DNA from: Candidatus Eiseniibacteriota bacterium
GTDB lineage: Bacteria > Eisenbacteria > RBG-16-71-46 > CAZEPH01
Reading direction: 5' to 3'
Assembly: GCA_044229145.1 (NCBI GenBank)
Contig: JBGATO010000031.1
Coordinates: 1-44,065 of the forward strand
Length of the DNA: 44,065 bases
Shown here: piece by piece, positions 9,649-16,087 of the stretch
Position numbering within the stretch: position 1 is the first letter of the stretch
Layout: each line of letters starts with the position of its first letter
Notes under the pieces: generated by a model
The model's input: the letters and a program-made list of their open reading frames with translations, nothing else
Databases searched by the model: none
Told to the model about the DNA's origin: nothing
Made by a program: the position numbers and the translations under genes

Positions 9649-10112
9649 ATGGGCACAAGTATTTCCAACATGTTATTCGCGACTCTCGCATGTGATTGTA
9701 CCGCTCTTTCTGCAATGTCCGAAGCCACCCTCGAGATTAACTCCAACGCCTATATCGTCGAAGGCGCGCGAAACGGCATCATTCCGGTTGGCGAGTTCCC
9801 CAACTCGATTTACGAGCCGCAGCATGTGTGGGGCAGTCACGGCTTCCAGGTCCATCAAGCGCGGGACAGTCGCAGTGGCGCCATCACGTGGGAGCCGAGC
9901 CAAAGTCCGCCCCGCTTCGCCCGGCTCCTTGATGTAAGTGGGAGAGCGCTTTATTCGCACTCGGTCGAGCCGGCCGAGATCGAGGGGCGGATCCTCCGCA
10001 TCCCATTGAACCGCATGCCAGGCCGCAGTCGGATTCCGTCGGGCTCTACATACTCGTGATTGAGTGTCGCGACGGGTCGCGCGCCTCGGTCCGCTTGCCG
10101 GTGGTACGGTAG
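9649..10112 (+). pseudogene. Frameshifted remnant of a CTD-bearing secreted protein
   Basis: The ORF reads ...RLLDVSGRALYS...RIPSG and stops at 10059. Restoring one base in the GGG run at 10041-10043 gives PSGLYILVIECRDGSRASVRLPVVR* (TAG 10110-10112), which matches the CTD consensus of the neighbouring proteins. Confidence 0.65.
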
Positions 10113-10126
10113 AAGGGTCTGCGCGA

Positions 10127-10160
10127 GGCGGCGAGGAACATGCATTCCTCGCCGCCCTTC
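10127..10160. terminator. Probable intrinsic terminator between convergent units
   Basis: Perfect 12-bp stem GGCGGCGAGGAA (10127-10138) / TTCCTCGCCGCC (10145-10156) with a 6-nt loop. Confidence 0.65.
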
Positions 10161-10184
10161 TCGTCTGCCGTCTGCGGCGAACGA

Positions 10185-12323
10185 CTAGTACTCGGCGAGC
10201 TCGCGGATGGCCGCGAGGATGCCCGGCACCTGCGGCAGGATCGCTTCCTCGAGTTGCGGGTGGTAGCCCACCGGCGTGTCGAGCGCGGCGACGCGCCGCA
10301 CCGGCCCGTCGAGGTACTCGAAGACCTCGTTGCTGATCCGCGCCGCGATTTCGGCGCCGAAGCCCGAGGTCAGCACGTCCTCGTGCACGATGAGCGCCTT
10401 GCCGGTCTTCTTCACCGAGGCGTAAATCGCCTCGTAGTCGCACGGCGCCACCGTGCGCAGGTCGAGGATCTCGCACTCGATGCCGAGGTCGGCGGCTTCG
10501 GTCGCCGCGAGCACGCTCCGGCGCACCGTCGCGCCCCACGTGATGAGCGTGAGGTCGGTGCCCTCGCGCACCACGTTCGCCTTGCCGAACGGCACCGTGT
10601 AGTCGGCGCCCGGGTACATGCCCTTCGCGTACGGCTGGCGATACAGGTGCTTGTGCTCGAGGAAGAGCACCGGATCCTCGCTGCGGATCGCGGTGCGCAG
10701 GAGTCCGTTGGCGTCGAGCGCGTTCGACGGGATTACCACGCGCAGGCCCGGGCAGTGCGTGAAGATGCTCTCGCCGCACTGGCTGTGGTACGGCGCGCCG
10801 CCCTTCAGATAGCCGCCATACGCGACGCGGATCACCACCGGCGAGGCGAAGTTGTTGTTCGACCGCCAGCGCATGTAGCCGAGTTCGTTGCGGATCTGCA
10901 TGAACGCCGGCCAGATGTAGTCGAAGAACTGGATCTCGACGACCGGCTTCAAACCACGCGTCGCCATCCCGATGGCGCGGCCGACGATGTTGGCTTCCGC
11001 GAGCGGCGAGTTGAACACGCGACGGCCACCGTAGCGCTTCTGCAGGCCGTGCGTGAGCTTGAACACGCCGCCCTTGCCGCTGACTTCGGCGAGTGCGTCC
11101 TCGCGCGTCGCGTCGGCGACGTCCTCGCCGAAGACGAGGATGCGCGGGTTGCGCGCCATCTCGTCGCGCAGGCAGTTGTTGATGAGCGTGACCATCGTCT
11201 CGCCCTGGCCGGTGACCGCACCGTCGGGCGCGGGGCTGGCGAAGGCGGCAGACGTCGGGTCCACGTCGGGCGAGTACACGAAGTCCCATGCGGTGCTGCC
11301 GGCCGGCTTCGCGGCGTCCTGCGCGACGCGTGAGGCGGCGGCGACTTCGGCATCGACGCTGGCGTGCAGCTCGGTGAGCTGCTGGGCGCTCAGCACGCCG
11401 TCCTCGACCAGCCACTCGCCCATCACGCGGATGCAGTCTTCCGCCTGCTCACGCTCGCGTTCGGCCTTCGTCTTGTAGCTGGTTTCGTCGTCGGACATCG
11501 AGTGCGCGTAGGGACGCGTCACCTTGGCATGGAGGAGCACCGGGCCGGCTTCGCGGCCGCGCAACACCTTCAGCGCGCGCTGCACGGCGTCCCACGCGTC
11601 GAGCGCGTCGCGGCCGTCGCACTTGATCGTCGTGAGGCCGGGCATCGAGCCGACCGCCTTCGAGATGCTGCCGCCCGGCGTCTGCACTTCGATCGGCGTG
11701 CTGATCGCGTAGCCATTGTCCTCGACGAGGAACAGCACCGGCAGCTTGTTCACGCAGGCGGTGGTGAGCGCCTCCCAGAACTCTCCCTGCGACGTGGTGC
11801 CGTCGCCGACGCTGACATAGGTGACTTCGTCGGCGAAGGCGTCGCCCGCGCCGTCGAGTTCATCGTCGGCGAGCTTGTAGCGGCCGGCCTCGGCGCAGCC
11901 GACGGCCTGCAGGAGCTGCGTGCCGGTCGGGCTCGACTGCGAGACGATGTTGAGCGCCTTGTGGCCCCAGTGCGACGGCATCTGACGGCCGCCCGAGTTC
12001 GGGTCGTCCGCGGCGCCGGTGGCTTCCATCAGCACTTCGGCGGCGGTCATGCCGAGCGCGGTGCACAGGGCGCGGTCGCGATAGTAGGGGTAGAACCAGT
12101 CGTACCCGCCCTTCATCTGCTGGCCGCAGGCGGTGAGGATCGCCTCGTGCCCGGCGCCCGAAATCTGGAAGTAGATGAGGTCCTGCTTCTTGAGCCGGAT
12201 TTCCTCGTCGTCGAGCTTCCGCGACAACACCATGTTGCGGTAGAAGGCGATGAGGCGCTCGGGCGACAACCCGAGCTGCGCGGCGCGCTCCAGGCGCGCC
12301 GCAGGGGTGGCCTTGCGGTTCAC
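10185..12323 (-). CDS. 2-oxoacid (probably branched-chain 2-oxoisovalerate) dehydrogenase E1, fused alpha+beta subunits
   Basis: [26 protein letters not shown] motif GDGTTSQG...[14 protein letters not shown]; beta half FGEDVA, FNSPLAE, EIQFFDY, YHSQ, FLEHK. GTG start with AAGGAG. Confidence 0.95.
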   Translation of the reverse strand: MNRKATPAARLERAAQLGLSPERLIAFYRNMVLSRKLDDEEIRLKKQDLIYFQISGAGHEAILTACGQQMKGGYDWFYPYYRDRALCTALGMTAAEVLMEATGAADDPNSGGRQMPSHWGHKALNIVSQSSPTGTQLLQAVGCAEAGRYKLADDELDGAGDAFADEVTYVSVGDGTTSQGEFWEALTTACVNKLPVLFLVEDNGYAISTPIEVQTPGGSISKAVGSMPGLTTIKCDGRDALDAWDAVQRALKVLRGREAGPVLLHAKVTRPYAHSMSDDETSYKTKAEREREQAEDCIRVMGEWLVEDGVLSAQQLTELHASVDAEVAAASRVAQDAAKPAGSTAWDFVYSPDVDPTSAAFASPAPDGAVTGQGETMVTLINNCLRDEMARNPRILVFGEDVADATREDALAEVSGKGGVFKLTHGLQKRYGGRRVFNSPLAEANIVGRAIGMATRGLKPVVEIQFFDYIWPAFMQIRNELGYMRWRSNNNFASPVVIRVAYGGYLKGGAPYHSQCGESIFTHCPGLRVVIPSNALDANGLLRTAIRSEDPVLFLEHKHLYRQPYAKGMYPGADYTVPFGKANVVREGTDLTLITWGATVRRSVLAATEAADLGIECEILDLRTVAPCDYEAIYASVKKTGKALIVHEDVLTSGFGAEIAARISNEVFEYLDGPVRRVAALDTPVGYHPQLEEAILPQVPGILAAIRELAEY

Positions 12324-12459
12324 GCAGGGTCTCCTTGAGGACGGTGGTGATGGCAGCTATTTGACGGCGGAGCGTACCGCAGGAGACGGCGGGGTGTCCA
12401 CGAAGGCGGTCTTACGGAAGAGCTCAAGGTTGGGGTCCACCGCAGCAGGCGGGCGCCGC

Positions 12460-13269
12460 CTAGCGCACCGGCAACACGTCCGCGTTGAGCGTCCAGTCGT
12501 AGTCGAGGTACTTGAGGGTGAACGGCTTGCCGCGCAAGGCCGCCACTGCGTCGGGGGTCGTCAGGAAGTGCGAAACGTACTGCTGGACCGAGGCCGCTCC
12601 GGTCGCGGCCTTCGCTTGCGGTGCGGCCAGGAAGTCGGCCGCGTACCAGTCGAAGATCTCGTTGAGCCACAGGACACGCGCCTCGGCATCCACCCGCACG
12701 TTGCGCGAATCGTTGACGAAGAGCCGCGCCGCCTGGTCGAGCCGCGCCTCGAGATCCGCACCAGTGTAAGGCGCCGGCTTGAGCGCCGGGCAACTCGCCG
12801 CGCCGCAGTTGATCGTGAAGTGGATACGCGGTTCGCCAAAGCCCTTGCGGATGATGTCGCCTTCGATCTGGTTCAAGGTGTAGCTCTTCCCGCCCGCCAC
12901 GAACTGCGTCTTCGTGAAGAACGCGTCGCTGCCGTCGTCGCGGACGCTGCGCGCCGGCCACGTCTTCGCCACGCCGGCCAGCACGAAGAGGTTGTACGCA
13001 TTGATCCAGTAGGCGAGACGATCGGCGCGGGTGGGAAACAGTGCGGGCGCGGACTGCGGGCTGGTGGCGGCGAACTCGGCGAGCACGACCGGGAGCCGCG
13101 GGTCCGTCTTGAGCTTGCCGTAGGAGACATGCCCCGCCGGATTCACGACGGCCTGCAGCAAGGCCCCGTAGCGCGCGTAGGAGAACGTCCGTGGCGCGGC
13201 CTCGGCGCGCGGCGCGGCGAAGCAAGCAACCAGCGCGAGCCCCGCCAGCGCGGTGCTCAGCAGACGCAC
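12460..13269 (-). CDS. DUF547 domain-containing exported protein
   Basis: Signal peptide (MRLLSTALAGLALVACFAAPRAEA); LAYWINAYN, TLNQIEGDIIR, EPRIHFTINCGAASCP, IFDWYAADF, YDWTLN. GTG start at 13269 overlaps the upstream stop. Confidence 0.85.
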   Translation of the reverse strand: MRLLSTALAGLALVACFAAPRAEAAPRTFSYARYGALLQAVVNPAGHVSYGKLKTDPRLPVVLAEFAATSPQSAPALFPTRADRLAYWINAYNLFVLAGVAKTWPARSVRDDGSDAFFTKTQFVAGGKSYTLNQIEGDIIRKGFGEPRIHFTINCGAASCPALKPAPYTGADLEARLDQAARLFVNDSRNVRVDAEARVLWLNEIFDWYAADFLAAPQAKAATGAASVQQYVSHFLTTPDAVAALRGKPFTLKYLDYDWTLNADVLPVR

Positions 13270-13583
13270 GAATCGTCCGGCGACGCCATCCGGTGTTCGG
13301 CGTGGGCGACCGGCGCCAAGCCATGCGCCATCGGCGTGCAGGCGTGGGCGATGGTCTCGGGCGTGACGAGCTTGGGGTCGTAGCTGACCGAGATGAGGCC
13401 GCGCCCGTCGATGGCCGGCGTCACCCAGGCGCTCAACACGCCGGGGACGGCGCGCAGATTGGCTTCGATGGCGGGGGCCGAGCCGCGTTCCAGGCGCGCG
13501 ACACGCGCCGCCCAATAGGCGGGACCGCGCATCGCTGTCATCTGCCGCGCGAGCCAGTCGCGCAGCGTGCGCACCAGGTTCAT
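13257..13583 (-). CDS. Small HMA-fold-like protein lacking CxxC
   Basis: AIEANLRAVPGVLSAWV...ISVSYDPKLVTPETIAHA resembles the HMA/CopZ pattern; His residues and a terminal CVC; overlaps the DUF547 start. Confidence 0.55.
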   Translation of the reverse strand: MNLVRTLRDWLARQMTAMRGPAYWAARVARLERGSAPAIEANLRAVPGVLSAWVTPAIDGRGLISVSYDPKLVTPETIAHACTPMAHGLAPVAHAEHRMASPDDSCVC

Positions 13584-13998
13584 GTTCCGACGTCCGTCTC
13601 GTGTGGAAAGCCTGACCGGTGGGGACCGATCCTGAAGGGATGCGGGAGCGAGACTTGCCGTTCTCCGCGTCTCGCGGCCGTCCGTGGACGACACAGTGGT
13701 GAGACGCATGCGGAGAGGAGGACGCTGCTTCGGATTGGACTGGGGAGGCAGGATGACCGCGCAACGATCGTACGCCACGCGGTCATCCCTCTCGAAAAGA
13801 GGCCCAGCGGTTCTCCGACGTTCACGCCTCGCGGCGTCCCCGTCGCTCCGGGAGACCAACCCCAGAGGCCGTTGGGTTCGGTGGACTGTTGGGTTTCCGC
13901 ACTGCTGCCGCGGCCCCAGCGGACCACGGGTTAGCGGACAGCCACCTCGTAGGTCATGTGCAGCGATTTATGCAATGGACCACCTCCTTTCCATACGT
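13584..13998 (-). ncRNA. Candidate long structured leader or ncRNA containing a micro-ORF
   Basis: Stacked stems: 13908-13929, 13816-13845 (inner ACGCC-GCGA-GGCGT GNRA loop), 13788-13802, 13751-13788, and a GCGTCTC/GAGACGC stem nearer 13670-13710. G-U pairs are possible only on the minus strand. Confidence 0.55.
13931..13975 (-). CDS. Putative 14-aa micro-peptide MHKSLHMTYEVAVR
   Basis: TTG start 7 nt after AAGGAGG, within GAAAGGAGGTGGTCCA; TAA at 13933-13931 followed immediately by a hairpin. Confidence 0.45.
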   Translation of the reverse strand: MHKSLHMTYEVAVR

Positions 13999-14000
13999 GC

Positions 14001-14013
14001 CATAAGTCTAGCA
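14001..14013 (-). promoter_or_regulatory. Extended -10 promoter element (TGcTAGACT)
   Basis: The minus strand reads TGCTAGACTTATG, identical to 2803-2815 (+). No recognisable -35 at a 17-nt spacing. Confidence 0.55.
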
Positions 14014-14063
14014 CGGCCTCCCGACAAAACGCGAGAGGCGGAGGCGTCGCATCGCCGCGCTGC

Positions 14064-15197
14064 TTACTTCTCCGCCATCTCGCGCGCCTGAACCCAGTTC
14101 GCCTTGGGGTCGTTCTGGAAATCCAGAATCATCGCCTTGTCGGCGGCGGTCGGCGTGTGGGTGGCGAGGTAGGCGGCGTACTCGTCGGCGCTGGCGATCG
14201 GCGTCCCGTCGACGGTGAAGGACTGCTGCTTGTGGAGGCCGACGCCGCGGTTGAACTTCGGCGACGGCGTCACCAGCTTCTGCGAGCCCTCGGGCAGCAG
14301 CGCGTTGAGGCGCTCGATCTGCTTCACGATGTCGTCGTAGTAGCACTGACGCGCGTGTTCGTTGAGCGTGCCGCGGTCCGCCTCGCGACCGGCGCGCAGT
14401 TCGTCCATCTCGTACGGCCGGCCCTTGAGGCTGCGCTCGTACGACCAGTTCGCCGACGTCGACTGATCGTTGCCGAACAGGTCGAGCGCGACCGGAATCC
14501 ACTTGTTGAAGTAGCGCTGCATGGTGTCCACCGGCACCTTGCCGGCCTTGAGCACGCGGCTGAGACCGGTCATGCCGGTGCCGAGGTGGAACGACTCCTC
14601 GCGCAGCATGTAGCGCGTCGAGCGGCCGAGCGGCGCGAAGCCGGAGTGCGAGAGGCAAAGCAGCTGGTACTTGCCGTCGCGGTCGACGAACATCGTGTAG
14701 GTGTAGAAGTCGAGCCAGTTGTCGACCGGCGCATTGAAGGCGCCGAGCAGGCGCTGGTTGCCTTCCATGCCGCTGCGGCGCTCGAGCTGCGCGCGCGCCG
14801 CCTTCTCGCCCGAGACGCCGAAGTGCGCGTTGAGCAGGTGGCACATCTGGTAACCGTGGCGCATCTCCTCGCGCATGACGCGGATCAGCGAGTACAGGTC
14901 GTACTCGGACGGCGCGCTGTAGACGAGGAGCTTCTGCTGTTCGACGGACGCGAATTCGGTGTCGCCCTGCACGACGATGAGGTCGAAGAGCTGGTCGCGG
15001 ACCGCGTGCGGTACCTGCGACAAGGTCTCCCAGCGCTGCTGGCCCTTGTAGTGGCCGAACGGGATCTCGGTGCCGTCGTCCCCGAACTCGTCGAACTTGG
15101 CTTCGAACGTGTAGCCGTCCAGGACGCGGGGGTCGAGGTCGATGTCGCCCTGCCACTCCTGGAAGATGTCCTGCCAGTCACGCTGCAACGTCGTCAT
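14064..15197 (-). CDS. BoxB/PaaA-like di-iron aryl-CoA epoxidase subunit
   Basis: IVVQGDTEFASVEQQ (BoxB-like), two ExxH motifs (REEMRH, REESFH), RLLGAFN, DRDGKYQL, SGFAPL, LDLFG. ATG 15197 with GGAGGAG. Confidence 0.85.
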   Translation of the reverse strand: MTTLQRDWQDIFQEWQGDIDLDPRVLDGYTFEAKFDEFGDDGTEIPFGHYKGQQRWETLSQVPHAVRDQLFDLIVVQGDTEFASVEQQKLLVYSAPSEYDLYSLIRVMREEMRHGYQMCHLLNAHFGVSGEKAARAQLERRSGMEGNQRLLGAFNAPVDNWLDFYTYTMFVDRDGKYQLLCLSHSGFAPLGRSTRYMLREESFHLGTGMTGLSRVLKAGKVPVDTMQRYFNKWIPVALDLFGNDQSTSANWSYERSLKGRPYEMDELRAGREADRGTLNEHARQCYYDDIVKQIERLNALLPEGSQKLVTPSPKFNRGVGLHKQQSFTVDGTPIASADEYAAYLATHTPTAADKAMILDFQNDPKANWVQAREMAEK

Positions 15198-15405
15198 GGT
15201 GAAAGCTCCTCCTCCGTCGCCGGCGCGGCCGGCCTGTGGTTGCCGCACAGGATACGCCATCCCGCCGTGCGGCGCACCCCCGGCGGCGCGCCGAAAGGGG
15301 TGGCCAATGGTAGCTATCGGCAGCATGGAAGCTGCGCCCACGGGTGCAGGCCCGGCTGTGGTAGGGTCGCGGCTCGCCCTGTCCCACCGTTCGGGAGATT
15401 TCGCC

Positions 15406-15990
15406 ATGCCGCACGACACGCCCCTTCGCCACGACAGCGCCGCATCGCCCGTCATCGCGGTGTTCGGCAGCAGCACCTTGCCGCCCGACGCGCCGGCCTG
15501 TGACGCGGTCCGGGCACTCGGCGGCGCCCTCGCGGCCCGCGGCGCGGTGGTGGTGAGCGGCGGCTACGCCGGCATCATGGGCGCCGTCAGCGAAGGCGCA
15601 CGCGCCGCCGGCGGCGCGGTGGTGGGCGTGACCCTCGCCCGCTTCACCGACCGCAGCCCGAACCGCTGGCTCACCGACGAGGTGCCGTCGCCCGACTTGT
15701 GGACACGCTTGCGGACGCTCACCGAGGGCCCGGACGCCTACGTGGTGGCGGCCGGCAATCTCGGCACCCTCACCGAGCTCTTCCTGACCTGGAATCTGGC
15801 GATGCTGCACGAGATTCCGCCGCGCCCGATCGTGCTGCTCGGAGAGCACTGGCACCCGTTCGTGGCGCACCTGCGCGAGAGCGGACTGGTGCCCGACGCG
15901 CATCTGGCGATGTTGGCGGTGGCGGAAGACGCCGCGGCGGCGGAGGCGGCGTTGGCGCCGGTGTGGGAGCAGGCGGCGCGCGCCGACTGA
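15406..15990 (+). CDS. LOG family nucleotide phosphoribohydrolase-like protein
   Basis: IAVFGSS, VVSGGYAGIMGAVSEGA, RLRTL, AGNLGTLTE (variant of PGGxGTxxE). ATG 15406 with GGAG. Confidence 0.88.
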   Translation: MPHDTPLRHDSAASPVIAVFGSSTLPPDAPACDAVRALGGALAARGAVVVSGGYAGIMGAVSEGARAAGGAVVGVTLARFTDRSPNRWLTDEVPSPDLWTRLRTLTEGPDAYVVAAGNLGTLTELFLTWNLAMLHEIPPRPIVLLGEHWHPFVAHLRESGLVPDAHLAMLAVAEDAAAAEAALAPVWEQAARAD

Positions 15991-16087
15991 GGCGCGTCCG
16001 GCGCGCCGCGTGGTACGCTGGGGTTCGGCGCACCGCCGTCCTCTCCTGCCACCGACCTGCCACTTCGACCGGAGCCTCCGCATCCGT

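Noticed and set aside
9591..9746. N-terminal extension of the 943-aa propeller ORF
   Set aside because: It overlaps the opposite-strand remnant and would put the hydrophobic segment too far from the start, so a later start is more plausible.
10185..12323. E1 alpha-beta fusion without adjacent E2/E3
   Set aside because: Fused E1 and dispersed E2/E3 genes are common in many bacterial phyla.
13936..13954. GACAGCCACCTCGTAGG resembles the 3' end of the c-di-AMP (ydaO) riboswitch
   Set aside because: The 5' conserved elements are not recognisable, no plus-strand gene follows, and the G-U pattern favours a minus-strand RNA.
13931..13975. Micro-ORF as a tmRNA tag
   Set aside because: There is no tRNA-like acceptor or T-arm, the peptide does not end in an AA-type degron, and it has its own SD and start codon.
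13976..13991. Plus-strand TGGACCACCTCCTTTC resembles the 16S rRNA 3' terminus
   Set aside because: No other 16S sequence is adjacent, so it is not an rRNA gene. It is better read as an extended SD on the minus strand.
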